Source: Epiperipatus broadwayi
Taxonomy: Eukaryota; Animalia; Onychophora
Direction of reading: 5' to 3'
DNA: 64,000 nucleotides
NCBI GenBank assembly: GCA_028023455.1
Contig: JAQFVV010000008.1
Location: forward strand, 8,060,001 to 8,124,000
This document shows positions 1 through 14,710 of this stretch, piece by piece. Made by a program: the position numbers and the translations under genes. Numbering within the stretch: position 1 is the first letter of the stretch; each line of letters starts with the position of its first letter. The notes beneath the pieces are model-generated. The model saw only the letters and a list, made by a program, of their open reading frames with translations, was not told the DNA's origin and did not search any database.

Positions 1-944
1 TTCTCTCTCTGTTCTCTGTCTGATTTTCTCTGTCTCCCTCTTCTTCTTTCTCGTGTTTGGAGACTTCTTTCCTTATGATTGAGAACTAAAGTATTAGAAA
101 GCCCATAGTTGACTAACATGATGAAAATGGTTTTCAATATAAATTTTAAATTACTAGCAATCAATGGAAAAATAGGATTTAATCTGACTCATGTGTAATT
201 GCCATTTACTCTCATGTGGAAGAGAATTATAGGTTGGAAAGTTATGCTAGCTAGTATTAAATAAGACATTCTAAGAAACATTAAAATATATATTGGCGCT
301 AATGATAAATAATTTTAAATAATTTATTTAGAAAAATGAGCAATAAATTTGATTTTATTAGACAAAATCTTTTTTTTTTTTTTACTCATATTTAATTCCA
401 TTTGTTTAACTAATTGCATATCTATTTCTTATGCTATAAACTATAGAAAATAAAAGAAAAAATGTTTATTATATGTCATAAAATCAATATCAGCCCCTAG
501 TAATCATATTAATAGTGTCTTAACATGATCCCTTAAAAACTATAGTTTCTAGATTGCTCAAATGCAATTTTTATATTGTGAATAGATTCATCTATTTCTT
601 ATTCTCTTTTTTTTTAATTACTATCGTTTACAAGCTTTATATGTGTTGATGATGAATTGGATCATTCTCATTTAATCAAAATAGAACAATTTCACTCTTA
701 TTATTTATTCTTTAAATGAAACTTCAAATCCAATATGGATTATTTAGCTAATTGTTTTTCTTGCTATTCTTAAAATTTTAAAAATTCTTCACCAACATCG
801 CAATTCAAAAGTCTATTACTATAATAAAAATCTTATCAATTTTAAATGCTTTTATTTAAGTTACAATCTCTGTTTGTTTGTTTATAAACATTTGTAATCA
901 GTTTTATTTAAGTTGAAATAAAATTTTAAAATCAAGATTCAATA

Positions 945-1450
945 GATTTAAATTCAATACAATTTGTTGAAATTTAGTACATTTCTTCTAAATCACTACC
1001 AAAGTGATCTGCTTTAGTGGGGGGGGGGGGATTTCAAATATTTTGATATCAAATTGAAAAGTCATTTTTAGAAGTTTAATATTTTAAATAAAGCCTGTGA
1101 GAGGATTGTTTAGTTTTTTTTTTGTTTCACTTAAAAGCTTGATTAAAGTTATAATAACATATTAAATGAAGCTTTTAGTAGGTTTAAATTCAATATAATT
1201 TATTGGAATTTGACACATTTTTTCTAAATCATTATCAAAGCAATATGGCATTAAAATATTTAGGTAGGTGATCTAGTTTTTTAGATCTGGGCCACTGGGC
1301 AAAGGAAATTTTGAATATTTTAATATCAAGTTTAAAAGTCATTCTTATAATTCCAAAATGCTTTAAATAATGTGCACATTTTTTTTGGTTTCAATTGAAA
1401 GCTTAAATTTAATTTAGAAAAAGTTAGTTTACAATATAATTTTACTAAGC
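945..1450. repeat. Old diverged tandem duplication (two units of roughly 240-270 bp)
   Basis: Collinear blocks such as 'tttaaattcaata..aattt.ttg.aattt', 'ttctaaatca.ta.caaag', 'aaaagtcatt' and 'aaagctt' recur from ~947 and ~1183. Confidence 0.5.
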
Positions 1451-1675
1451 TTTTTTTTTTAAAAAAAAAAAACTTTTCAAATAAAAAAAAAAGTCAAACA
1501 TTTTTCAACAGAAAATATTTTGTCATTTAATATTTTATTATACAATATATAATTATGCATACATATTAAATGGATATGCAGAAGTATACATATTAACTAA
1601 TTGCAGAAATATCTAGTAATATATATATAAACTATAAGTGTCATATCAATTTAACATGCAATATAGTTTTACATT

Positions 1676-1910
1676 TTTATTCACCATATGCTAAAAAGCA
1701 AAAAAATAAATATTTATTCAACCACAATTGGGGTTTTTACATTTAACTTGAAATAAAAGCTAGGGGGGAGGGGTCCAGAAATTAATTAAGAGATTGACCT
1801 AATTAATTTCTGGATCCCTCATGCTTTTATTTCATGTTAAATATAAAATAACTATTTAGTAGTTGAAGAAACAATTATCCTTTTGCTTTTTAGTGCATAG
1901 TAAATAAAAG
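1676..1910. mobile_element. Fold-back palindrome / MITE-like element
   Basis: Imperfect arms about a centre near 1795, e.g. 'ggggtccagaaattaattaag' vs 'ctaattaatttctggatccc' and 'ctaaaaagcaaaa' vs 'ttttgctttttag'. A related fragment lies near 4968 ('gggatcagaaattaattag'). Confidence 0.6.
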
Positions 1911-1984
1911 CATTTAATATAAAAATTATCACTATTTATTCCTTTGTCAACTTTTTCATCCTTAGATAGTTAAGTACAGAAAAT

Positions 1985-2830
1985 ATCACTGTCTAATTCT
2001 GATCTTTGTTTTTAAAGATATATCTCTACATCTGAAAAAAAAAAATTATGCTTGAATTACAACCTTGTCCAGTATTAATCAACAATAATATTTTTTGATT
2101 TCTGAATTCTTATTACTTATGCATGATTTAGTGAGTCAAATATTGCCAATGACTTTTATATCATCAATTTTAAAGTCATGTGCTACTTTTGTTTTTATCA
2201 TTTTTGTCTTTTTATATTTAGTTTTAATCATATCTTATTCTATTCTTTCATTTTCTTAACAAGAGTTTGATGTCTTTTCTACTTTCAGTATAAGTGTGAC
2301 TTCATCAGTATATCTAAAATTGGTAATTTTCTTCCACTGGTTCTAGATTATAATTTGTCTTCATTCAATCAGATTTTCCTTTTTTTATTATTTAATGTAT
2401 GACTATAGAACAAGTAGACATTTCTTTCTAATACTTTTACTAATGCAAACCTAGTCTATTTCATTGCAGTCTATCTTGGCTATATGTTCTAATCCCATAA
2501 AAATATTCCATATTTATATTAATTAATAAAGCACATGTTGAATTTTTTTTCACCATTCTTTGCCTTTTTCAATTACTCTGTTTACATTAGCATTGATGTC
2601 ACTTGATTCTTGATCTGTTCTTAAACAGTGTTACATCTGATTTTTTTATGCATCTGTAGAATCTTATTTGCATTTGATATTAAAAGGAAAAAAACACTAT
2701 ATGACTGTTGGCACATTCTGCATAGTGTTAATAATTTTTCACTTTTCTTCAGAATTTTTGATTCAATGCATTACTGCAAGACTAATATTCCTTTATCTTC
2801 CATTATTGAAGGTTCTATGTAGAATATTTA
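1985..2830 (-). mobile_element. Degenerate RTE-clade LINE reverse transcriptase fragment
   Basis: Minus strand gives NFRYTDEVTLIL (RTE NLRYADDTTL-like), then L-NIKKTKMIKT and ISLKTKIR, with ISNANKILQ and IEKGKE upstream. Many stops and frameshifts. Confidence 0.75.
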
Positions 2831-4728
2831 TAATATTATGTAATTTATCCCACTAAGTAAAGAAAAATAAAATTTAATTTATAATAAAATATTTTTTTGT
2901 GGAGAAAGATTTGAGATTTTGTCAATAAATAGAAATGCTAGCTCTTGGAAAAATAATGTATTGGAAGAGACAGAATTTGAAATGTTACATTTTAATATTA
3001 ATGCTAAAATTACTTCATCAAAGACAAATTAATTATTTCAAAAGCAATTTCACTGTGTCTACCATTATATTTTTCCCTATTTGTTTAATCAACTAAATTA
3101 ACATATATATATATATATATGTTTGAGTGATGGAAATGACAGATTTCAGCATGATTCATGGCCTTAAACAAACTTTACTTCTTGACTACTGAGCTAAACC
3201 GTACTGAATGGTCTGTATATAAATAATTTGAATAAAAAAACAAAAGCAATACATCAACTGAATTGTATAAGATCCATGCTATTATATTTACACTTACTAT
3301 CCGATATTATTTAAGACATATGTCAAGAAATTAGCTTGCAATAGGAACTACATTAAAATAACTTTCTTTGCATTAGCTTTACATATGAATCAAAAGGAGA
3401 TTTAGACTGTAGATAATTAGTTGAGAATCAGATATATTACTTTGCTTTTATTTCTAAAAAATATCATTAAATCATTGAAAATCCTTCATTCTATATTTAA
3501 CACAATCCTGTATTCCATTTTTTCATTCATTTAAGATTCCTTAATACATAAATCATTTATTAAAAATTTTAGAATGTGCTTAAAATCTAGCATAAACAAA
3601 TATAAATGTAATACATTTATCAATAGCATATTTCTGACATTTGAACTAATTGTTGTATCAATTCTTCTCTATTGCAACATGAAATGTACATTTCATTTTT
3701 AATAAATAATATATAGATTTTTTTTTATCTATACTTATGTAGTCTAAATTTGATTTGATTTTTCAGTGGTAGTTTCAAAAAAAAAAAAATGAGAAATTAG
3801 ATAAATTATTAAATCCTGGATACTGAAATAATATCTTATGAGAACTATCTGATAAAGTTAATTATATGATTATTTAAAAGAAACTGAAAATGTTTATTTA
3901 TGATATCTTTAGGACAGATTAACTTTTAGATAAATGAAGAGAAAATAATTTCCATATGGATGAAATGTTTGTTTAAAATATATAACATCTTTTATAAATT
4001 TATGTTTAATGTGTTTATGTTGTTGGCTGGATATTGTTTGTCTGTTTTTGTCTTAAGTATAATCATCATCACCAAGTTCGATGATTATTTTGCAGAATAG
4101 TCTCTACCAATTATTCCTCTTCTCTTACTTGTTTATCTTATTCAAACTGTTGTTTACATATATAATTGTATTTTCATACACACACAACTCGTGTTGCATC
4201 AGAATAAAGCAATTTGATGCCTGGGATAATGCTGTTTAATTTATCTGAAAAAAGTTGAAGAAATATTTAAAAGTGAAAATCATGTATGCGTTATATTAGG
4301 AATTCAGCAAGAATCGGTTAATGATATAGAGAAGTGTGTAGCTTTTTTTATTTATATGTCTTCGTTTGTACTTGTATTAAAATGTGACAAATATTAGTTT
4401 GTTTCTGGCCTTTTTTAATATTTTCATGAAATTATATATTACGTGTTAATTAGAGCATATAAAATTCTTGTGATTGTGATTAATGTTTTTGAAATTGGAT
4501 AAATATATATGTTTAATGAAATATTTTAATTTTTAAAGCTCTAAATATATATATAGATTTAATTTTATCGACCATATTTAATAACTTTGGAATAAGTTAA
4601 AAAACAAAGTGTCACTTGTTTTAATGAATGAAGCTAATCTTTTTTTGTCTTAAAAAAAATAATTTTTTTTTTATTCAGTTTTTTTGTTTCATTCTTTGGT
4701 TTTAGTTTTTTTCTTTTTCTGTTTTTAG

Positions 4729-4794
4729 CTACCTGTGAAGTTTTGGATAACATCTGTTTTTTAGATGTCAGTGGCAATTTATTGAGAACAAGAC
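4729..4794 (+). CDS. Candidate internal exon, LRR-like peptide TCEVLDNICFLDVSGNLLRTR
   Basis: Long polypyrimidine tract plus TAG acceptor, donor GTAACT, open frame (phase 1 to 1) resembling LxxLxxLxLxxNxL. Could be chance. Confidence 0.3.
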
Positions 4795-5162
4795 GTAACT
4801 TCAAAAACCTTACTGACTGTAGGTCTTTCTTATATGCACATTTCAGAACACTAACATATAAAATGTAGTTATATATTTATTGAAATATATGGATATATTT
4901 CTGTAAACATAAACTGTAATAGCATTTTTAATTATTTTTATATAAATTTATTTCATTCTACTTCTGATAGGGATCAGAAATTAATTAGTCCATTGAACAT
5001 AACTAAATAGATAAAATTTTATAATTTTATATTAGATCACTACAATCTAAAAGTTTTTTTTTTTTACATAATTGACTCATGTGATATATTTTTATATGCC
5101 TTCAATGTAGAACTTCATTCTTGCTAGCTGTTTATTTTTGCTATTATTTCAATATAATTCGA

Positions 5163-5240
5163 AGGGACTTGATCTCAGACTTTCAAGTTCCCTACAGCCA
5201 TCCATTCAGTATAAACAATGTACATGTATTTAAATATTAT
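5163..5240 (-). repeat. Solo terminal fragment of HHR fold-back family A
   Basis: 'agggacttgatctcagactttcaagttccctaca' matches the outer ends of the elements at 15823 and ~48505. Confidence 0.55.
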
Positions 5241-7750
5241 TTCAATAGTAAATTTTTCAAAAGTTTTTTTAGATACATGAAAAGATTAAATCTTTTTGGC
5301 TTAGATTATATGCAAAATTATTGCAAACTTTTTCTAACATTGCATAAATGGTTGATTGATCAATTAGGACATTTTAACTATTCTCTATATAGCGTCAATA
5401 TTTATCGTAATAATTTTCAATTTTTTTCCTGCATTTAAAAAAAATATCGATGGAAGTATTGGTTAAATAAAATAAGGAAAGACTAGTTAAATGCTCTAGC
5501 ATTGGAGTTTTATGCTGATGACATCTACTCTGACAAATGTTTAACAATTACAATTAATGATGGTTTCTGTAAAAAATAATTACATTTATATATAAAGCTG
5601 CTAATTTTTTATTTATGATCAAAATATTTTTAGCTCCAAACATTACTTGATTTTTTTGCATAATGCTTTTAGAAATAGTAATCAGTCTATTTGCTTCAGT
5701 CATTTGTTGCAGTTTTGAAAAATCAATAATTATTATGTGGTATGATCCACATTGTCAGATTAATTTTTTGGCTAATGGTCTTTCTGATAAAAGCCATTAG
5801 CCAGAAATTTAGTCTAGTGATATAGATTGCAGAATTGCTATCTAATATCTATTGATTTTTCAAGCTTACTATAGATAACTTTGAAAAAGAATAATTAGAA
5901 TAATTACTATTGTTAAAAGCATTATTTTTATCTTTTATATACCAATTTTATTTTGTGAGTACTATCTTAATTAACCTTTTGAATTTTGTTGTAAAATGAT
6001 TTTCTCAAGCTATTATCTTTTGAAAACAAAAAACTATTAATATTTAATGTTAATTTTGATTTGGGAGTGGGGTAAAATAAAGCTTCCCCTAAATGCATTT
6101 TATTAATTGATACATAAAAATATTAGTAAAATCATCATTTGTTATTATAAAGCCAGTGAAGTTTTGATGTCAGATCTAAGTAGAAACTATTCTCCACTCT
6201 TACAAGTATGGCAAAAATTTTGATAGCTTGATTTATTTGGCCCAGGTTATATGGACTATCAAGTCCTATGATAATGGATATTTTATGATCAAGTTTATAA
6301 TATAATGAATGATATCCTAATTCGATTAAGATATAATAACTATGTGTATATTTATTTATATGTGTGTGTATGCATAAGCTCCAAAAAAAAAAAAAATTAA
6401 ATATCAGTTTATGATAACTATACAAATTAATTCTGAACCACAAATGCATTCACATATATAATATGCTGACTGTTTATGTAACATTTTATGATTTTAGTCT
6501 GTTTGTGTGACATTTTATGATTCTTTTAGCTTTTTCTATCATAAGCTATTTCATGCTTAATTGTCAGATCTCATTGTATTTCATTCTTAATTATATTCTT
6601 TCAGTAATTGCAAATTAGTATTACATCTCTTTACAGCTTTTTTTTTTTAAAAAAAAAATCTTTATAACATTAATAAGGCCTGCTTCTCTCACAAATTATG
6701 CTTAAGTTTATTAATAACTTTTTTTAGGAAGTTTGTTATTTTTTCATCACATGTACAATCCAATTAACATTTGCTCTTACAATTATAGGTTAAATATCCT
6801 TACATCCAATAAGCTAAAAAAACATACCAAGTGCTCTTGTTATCATACCAACATATTTTCAGAATATTACAATAAAATTTTAGGTGAAATATATTTCAGT
6901 ACCTTTATATTATGTGATAATAAATGGTGGGATCACCACATGGGTACGAGGCACCTTTATGCAAGTTAAATTCCAGTCTCATGAAATAAAATTTGAAAAT
7001 TAAAACAAAATTAATTCAATAAAATTTTATTTAATAAAAGGTATGGAAACAGTAGAACATTAAAAAGTTATAATTATTTACACTTTTTAATTACATATTA
7101 ATTTTCCTGACTTTGGCAGCTACAAAATAACTTCTAGAAATTTTCTCATTATATGATAAATAACAATAATATGCTTGAGAAAACTTGTGACCAGACTAGT
7201 CTTTCAGAAGAGCTTTATTAATTATCTGATTAAGAGAACTTTTCACTAATTTTTATGTTTATAATTTTTGGCCATGTGTCTGGATTAAAATTTAATGTAA
7301 AATCAGAAATTTCCATGTTTTCACTCTGAGAATCATAACTTTCTTCAATTTCTGATGATGTTATAATCATCTTTCTCTGTTTTGAGCTGCAGATATTTAT
7401 TTGACATTTTATCTGTGTGATGTTTTCATTTGGGAAAATCAGAACAAAGCAATATAAAGCTTTTGCAAGTAGAATAAGAAATACACATAGGACACAATGA
7501 TTTTATAACAAGAGAAGTAATTTAACATTAGTTTAATGCAAACAATGACTTAAATATATTATGGAATTAATATACATATTTGGGACTGAACATACATGTG
7601 CAGTAATTACACATCTACGAAATCTGATATACATATAATTACTTTTACATGCAATATATTTTACTATATAACTCTCATAAAATCTCTAATATATAATCTT
7701 ATACAAATAATTCTGTTTCCAGTTTATCTATCTTTATAATCTAAGCAGAC

Positions 7751-7805
7751 CTATTGGGCTTACAGTCAGGATTCAATTCTATTGGGCTTACAGTCAGGAT
7801 TCAAT
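7751..7805. repeat. 28-bp tandem duplication
   Basis: 'ctattgggcttacagtcaggattcaat' occurs twice consecutively. Confidence 0.9.
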
Positions 7806-8568
7806 CCTCTGGGATATAATGTCCAATGGTATCTTTCATTGTTTTTCTTATCCATCTGCTTTGCCTCTAAAATCTGGATGATCATGCAACTGCATCCCTC
7901 ATTGCAAAGAGAAAATATGATTCCTTGTTTTTTCTATTTCTTATATATTAGCTTATCACCATTATCTTTTCTGGATTACAATAATTATAATAAGGATGAT
8001 GCAGCTAGATTTCATTAGCATTAACTAGCTTGACACTAGTTAACATTTAGTTTGTTAAAAGTAGTTATTGTTTGTTTCAAAACATTTTAATTACTTTCAG
8101 TTTAATTTGGAATTTCTCATACATAATAACAAGATTAACTTCTCTTATATTTGATCAATAACAGAATATTTATATTATTTTTTTAACTTTTTATATGCTT
8201 GTTATTTCACTATTAATAACTTAGTCATACATATTACATTTTATTATATACATATTATATAATCTGACATCTAGAGATTAAGGATTTATATTTATTTAAG
8301 GAAAGACATTTTAAATTTCATACTTATGTTGTTTAATCTTTAAATCTTTTAGAAATGACTGGAAAAAAATCAAACACTTCATTTGTTCCACTAGATAACA
8401 ATTTTTTAGGCACTTTCCCAATAGTATGACCATTTAGAAGAGCTTTCAAATGATGTTATATAGGCAAAATTCTCCATACAGTAGTGCCATCCTGTGCCAA
8501 CCAGAGTAATCAATGGATGCCAGAAGGCTTGTGCTTAAAATCCCCATCTAGTGCTTACTCATCCGATA

Positions 8569-8610
8569 TCCCCAGACTAGTGTCTGGCTTGTGGCCTTTG
8601 GCAGCGAGGA
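8569..8610 (-). ncRNA. Degenerate type I hammerhead ribozyme (family B)
   Basis: Minus strand: TCCTCG CTGCCAA AGGC-CACAA-GCCA GACA CTAG TC TGGGGA. Stem I is largely intact (first pair G-U) but the core is mutated. Confidence 0.45.
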
Positions 8611-9017
8611 GCCTTGGATCTGAGAGCATTGCACCTAGATCCTAGGATCTAATGCAACCCTCCAGCAGCCACCTTTTATCTCTACTTAACTACAAAACTA
8701 TGAGAATGAAAATACAATAATATTTTCAACCTAAGCTTAATAGCTTATATAGTCATATGGGTCTGAACTCAGTTCAACACTTATACATTTTGGTATCTTT
8801 GACTCTTTAACAACCATAGCCACCACTATCCTATTAGGCAGGATTGATGTTAATCCACTAAATATCACATGATCATCATCTCTTATGCTAGCACATAACT
8901 GTTACTAAACAGGCAAAACTCTCCATACAATAGAGACACTCTGTGCCAACCAGAATAATCAATGGATTCCAGAATGCTTCTGCATAAAATCCCCCTCTAG
9001 TGCCTACTCACCCAATA

Positions 9018-9059
9018 TCACCAGACTAGTTTCTGGCTTGTGGCCTTCGTCAGTGAGGA
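9018..9059 (-). ncRNA. Minimal type I hammerhead ribozyme (family B)
   Basis: Minus strand: TCCTCA CTGACGA AGGC-CACAA-GCCA GAAA CTAG TC TGGTGA. Canonical CUGANGA/GAAA core, GUC site, palindromic stem III (ACTAGT). Stem II closes with an A-A mismatch. Confidence 0.7.
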
Positions 9060-10200
9060 GCCTTGGATCTGAAAGCACTGCATCTAGATCTTAGGATCTA
9101 ATGCAACCCTCCAGCAGCCACCTTTTATCTCTACTTAACTACAAAACTATGAGAATGAAATTGAAAACAATATTTTCAATCTAAGTTTAATAGCTTTTAT
9201 AGTCATATGGCATCCATTGATTACTCTGGTTGGCACAGGGTGGCACTACTTATGGAAAGTTTTGCCTGTTTAATAACAGTTATGTGCTAGCATAAGAGAT
9301 GGTGATCATGTGATGTTTGATGTTATATAGCTGTTATAATCAACAGAGGTGCATTAAATAATAATATTGATATACAATGGAATTTGTTAAGAATTAAGTA
9401 TTTTAGCATATAATAAAAATTTTTTTAAAAATTGTATGATTTTTGCTAATTCTGCTTTCCTTGGTTCATCATGTAATTAAAACAGTCTTGCAATGAAAAA
9501 CAATAATGTTCACAAATATTTGTGTAATATTGTGATCAATTATGAGTTTTTAGCTAGGAAACAAACCTTACAATGATCCAAATCCAAAGAAAACCAAATC
9601 AGTAAAATATATAAGAAGATAATATTGGTATTTAAAAAAAAGAAGATAACATCAGTATTTTTAAAAATATTTGAATGACTTTATTGCTCAATCCTGGGAT
9701 TCCAGAGTCTGACACTACTTCTGGACTGAACAGAACAGTTTATATCAGTATTTATACAATATGATTGATAAATAAAACTATCTACCATATGATTGTAGTC
9801 CAATATATTGCACAATTACTCTAATTATTATATGGCAATAATTTTTAAATTTATTTTTAAATAAATTATTAATATTTTCATGTGTCATTTTTTATATAAA
9901 TTAGGATATTTAAATAAAATTTATTTCTATGAAAAGAATCAATTACTACAGCAGTTTTAATAGCACTACTATAACCTCTTCTGAACGATCTACTTTATTG
10001 GGAAAATAGGCATTTTTATTTTCCTTGATATAATATATAATAATATTTCCAGTAATTTTCACAAGACTAAATAAAAAAAGTAATCCTCTCATATTTAGGT
10101 TAAAAATATTAACCATCAGAATGAGTTTTTAATAATGGAGTGATTCATAAATCTAAACATTTTCATTTACACATACAAATTTTATTAGTTATTTTGGTAG

Positions 10201-10276
10201 CAAGACACCCTCATTGGCGAGGCACCTTTGTTTAGAGCAGATCCTGCACACCTACATGCAATGACTTTGATAAAAG
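10201..10276 (+). CDS. Candidate internal exon QDTLIGEAPLFRADPAHLHAMTLIK
   Basis: Locally GC-rich, 'ttattttggtag|' acceptor, 'AAG|gtatat' donor, only the phase-0 frame is open. Confidence 0.4.
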
Positions 10277-12179
10277 GTATATTTCTCATTTTCCTATAAT
10301 AAACTTAAAAGAATAACATCTACAATAATAACTAATGCAGTTGAAATAGTTATACCCTTATGATGAAATACTTTATTTTTTAATTTAATAAAAATAGTAG
10401 CATCTTGGAGTCTATTGTACACCTCAACATAGCTCTTCTACTTGAAAACATGTCCAGATTTTTAAAGTAATTTATATTCTTAAAAAGATTGTCATCAAAA
10501 CAAAAAGTTGCTAAATGATTCTTCTTCTATCATCATCTGATAAAGCATTTATAAACAAAGTTCTTTATAATTTTTTTCTCAGAACTTTAAGTATATTCTG
10601 TAGATTCATTCTTTGAATTGGAAAAATAGTATAATCATAAACATAAAGAGTTAAGAAGGTGAAGTACATATTTTTGCTTTTTATTGATTAAATTTAAAAG
10701 ACTCCCATCAAATTATATTATATTTTGATATCTTCTTTATGGAATCACATATATACTGCTCCAAAAATCATTATCATAAAATTGGACAATAGTGTTAAAA
10801 ATAGAGTCTTTTTTAACCATCCGGAATTCTGATGTTTCCTTTTATTTTTATGAATAATGAGCTTTCAAATAGTGCTTATATAAATCTTTCCAATTAAATC
10901 TCAACATTTTTCAAAACTCTTTTCATGAATTTGCCTGATAACAAAAACTCTGTAAACTGTATGCTTTTTAAATTTTTTAAAAATCACATTGAGCCTCAAA
11001 TAATCACTCATTTGTGACTAGAAGGAACTTTTAAATAAAAATTTTATGATAATTTATTTAATTTTATTTTAATTTATTTAATTTTATTTTTATAAAGAAG
11101 TAGATAAATGGGCACAACTTAATTGGTCAATATATTTTTTTTAAAAAAACTTGGAATTATTTTAAAACTATCATATGGCCACCATCTATGTACAGTTTTC
11201 TTCAGCCTACTACTAACATTTATGTAACCTTGAGTAATCTATGAATATTAGATGTAAGTTTTATATAATATTCATATTTTAAAACTATTTACTTTCCAAT
11301 TTTGACTTGTGAGGATCCCTCATTTAAAGAATGTATCATGGTCAAAGAATTAACTTTGAATATCCTAATGTCAGCAATACTGGTAAATTGCAATTTTCTG
11401 AAGTACTTTTATTAGATGAAGTTATTAGGATATGGAATAATTCTGGAGAAATGGATATGGTAGGGATATGATTATTATGGAAAGTTGATTTGCATGTTGA
11501 TCAGGATATATCTTACAGAAAAAAGGTCAATTATAATAGGAAGAATGTATTATTATTCAGTGATACAATGATGTGTTTTATACTAACATGCATTTTTTAT
11601 CAACAATTTAATGTGTTTAGAAAAGTATAAATAAAGTTCTTGTTTTTTTCTATAAACCTTTAATAATTTAACTAGATGATTAAAATAGTACATTGTAAAA
11701 TTGCAAAAGTGTGATTTTCTTTTGCTAGATATCTAGATTTTAAATGTTGTTAGAAAGGATGGATATAGATTATTACTATAGTTTGTAAAGTTAATATGAA
11801 ACTAAAATGTTTGTGTGAGAATAGTAGTGTTCGTTTTTTATATGAATATGCTCAATAAAAAAAAAAAGATTTACTAAAAGAGTTAGATTATAATTATTAG
11901 AGAAAGAGAATAAAATATTAGATGAATTAATTTATAATAAAATACTAAGCATTAAACTTAAGAAGAGGGATGAAATATTTGTATATGGTACAGATAATTA
12001 ATAGTTGTAAACCTGGTGCGATGGTACTCATCATAATCAATCCCAAGTCAATGACTCAAAATTTAAAATAATATAAAAGGAATGCGCATGAGAAATGACT
12101 CTGAGAAATCAAATACAGCTGTAACTACATTAAGTATATTCTATCAACTATAAGTTAACCAGCATTATACAAAAGTAAT

Positions 12180-12800
12180 AATCATCATGAATGATCAATA
12201 ATAAAATAAATCAACAGTCAATCTGGTGACTAGATTTGAAATGGATCTATTATAGACCAGACTAATTATTTAGCCCTTGACAGCTTGGGGCAGATTATTT
12301 AAACCATAATTTTGATGCACAAACTTAAATGCTAATCCACAAGAATACAACAGTACAAAAAAATTAATGCTGGGATATTAAAACATGATCATCATCAATA
12401 CTCTGCCCACTTAGTACATTAATGTATTGGCAACTATAAACTTAATTTCTAATAAATAATAAATTAAATAAAATGTAGTGCATGGACTTTAAAAGATATC
12501 CCCTTTGCATCATGCCCATCAACACTAATATAAATCTCTTTTTTATAACAGACCATTATGCATGAATCTACCTCAGAGAACAAGAGCTCTTTAACTGTTA
12601 TTGTGAGCAAGAGATAATACAACATATAATATTCTAAAACTATTTAGGATTGAGTAAGTTCACTGGAATAATTTTAACAATGAAATATCAATTTATTAAT
12701 AACAATTAAAAAAAAAAAGGTCTGCTGGATATGTCATAAATATAAATTCAGCAGTCTAATTTTGATTTATACAATTAGCTATCACATTATGATCTACAAA
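12180..12800. repeat. Old unclassified dispersed repeat family (related copies ~44490-44830, ~50110-50400 inverted, ~50620-51250)
   Basis: Collinear blocks such as 'cagtcatcctt', 'gatttaaaaga', 'attaaactagtca' (44.5 kb vs reverse of 50.1-50.3 kb) and 'tgtgagcaagaga', 'aaaggtctg' (12.6 kb vs 51.1 kb). Confidence 0.45.
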
Positions 12801-14643
12801 TACCTCAATAGGTTCACATAAAACATCTATATATATTAGCACATGGATGTGCATGTATAATACAAAATGAACATATTTGAAATTGCATATAATAATAAAA
12901 AATGATTAAGTTTAACATATGTGTGTCTACCTGACATGCATTGATATAATCCCACAGACTTGCAGTAACATATGGGAATTGTCATATAATAATACAAATA
13001 AGCTATCACTGCAATTTACAAATACTTCCTAATGGGTTTAGGTAAAACACATATTATCAGCACACAGGTATGCAGTATAATAATTTATGAACATATTGTC
13101 ATAAACCTATAAATGAAATTCACTTTTATACTACATAATTAATGACTGATTTAACATATATGTGTGTGCACGTGGAATTATGTGTGCACACTGATATTTA
13201 TATCATATGATATTTTAATTTGTCAAAATAATAAAATTATGAAAAATATAATTTTCACAATTAATTCCATGTTGAAAGTATACATAAAATTCACATTTAA
13301 GTGTGTATATATATAAAAATAATATTAATCAGTTATTAAATTCTTTAATAGTCTTTTGCAAAAATTTTCTTTTTTTTAATAAAAAAAATCACATTTTTGA
13401 CCTGTTACTTTTGATTAATTATAAACATCTTTAAAAAAATACTACAGCAAGTTCCTCTATTTTCCAATCTAGAAGTATTTTTGTGGTCTTTTTATTTTTA
13501 GTTGACCCAGTATTTACTTTTAAAATTTGTTAATTAAAAATTTTAAATGTCATTTCAAGAAATTATTTAAAATATTATTGTTCAAAATATATATAACACT
13601 ACTCATCAGCTGTATATTACATATATACAACACAGTACATTTATCTATGGTTCTCTGCATATAGATAAAACAGCATACATATAAACTAATTTTTCAGCAA
13701 GCTGATGGACTCTTTTGGCAAGTTGGTCCCTTTTAAAACAGTAGATTGGCTTATTATCATTATCAGGAAATGTATAATCTGGTAACTGTTTGCATTCAAT
13801 CATTTCCATTTAGTTTGGAATTGGATAGATTTTAGACATACCATCTAATGTAATATAGGTTATGGAGAACACAGAAAAGTTGGATCTTGCTTTCATGTGA
13901 ATCCAAACTCCAGGTAGTGAACTAGTAGCAGCCTCTGGACTTGCACTATCTTGCCTTTAGTTATCTCTTCATGGTAGTTCTGTGTAACTGTAAAACTAAG
14001 AACTCCCCTAACCTTTTTTCCAATCCTTTTATAATCAGGGTTGGGGAGAAAAAATAGTAATTAAAAATAAGTTTCCCTATCTTGATTGAAAAAAGTTAAT
14101 GATTCTTTTCAATTCACTTTAATCCTTTGAAAAACAACTTTGTGGAATTTTATCAAAATATGTTATACAAGCATTAATTATAAAAAAATTTGCAAATGAA
14201 AATAGATAGTGGAATTTTATTATTATCAGTATATCGTAAAAACAGACAAAAACAAATGGTGATCATGTGATGTATATCTATTGTAATATAAAACCATGCT
14301 TGCTTTAATTTTAAAATCAGAATTAATAAAATATTAATTTGACCTTTTTTAAATATTTAATTTATAATAAAAAAAATGTTAAATTCAAAATTATTTAATC
14401 CTTAATTGTTATTCCAGTATAATCAAGCCCAAGACTAGATTTGAACCCACTCTCTAAGCCCCAAATCAAACACCTAATGGATAACATAACAATGATGGCA
14501 CACAAGAATTAATTCTTAAGTCCAGCCCACTAGCAGAGCAGAGAAGACAATGAGACTCATGGACTTAAACATATATAAACAACTTAAATATTAGAGACAT
14601 TCTCATGATAAAATCTAATATATTTAATTACTAGGGGCTTTAC

Positions 14644-14710
14644 TAATGAATAGCTATGATCAATTAATCAATTGGATAATGAATAGCTATGATCAATTAA
14701 TCAATTGGAT
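14644..14710. repeat. 33-bp tandem duplication
   Basis: 'taatgaatagctatgatcaattaatcaattgga' occurs twice. Confidence 0.9.

Larger units (their letters stand above)
8455..9320 (-). mobile_element. PLE-type terminal-repeat array (family B): two direct copies plus a short inverted copy
   Basis: 8455-8760 is similar to 8905-9210. 9211-9320 is the reverse complement of ~8860-8970. Each direct copy holds an HHR motif on the minus strand. Tandem plus inverted geometry is typical of Penelope insertions. Confidence 0.75.

Noticed and set aside
5495-5530. RT YADD motif (LEFYADDI)
   Set aside because: An isolated motif with no flanking RT domains discernible.
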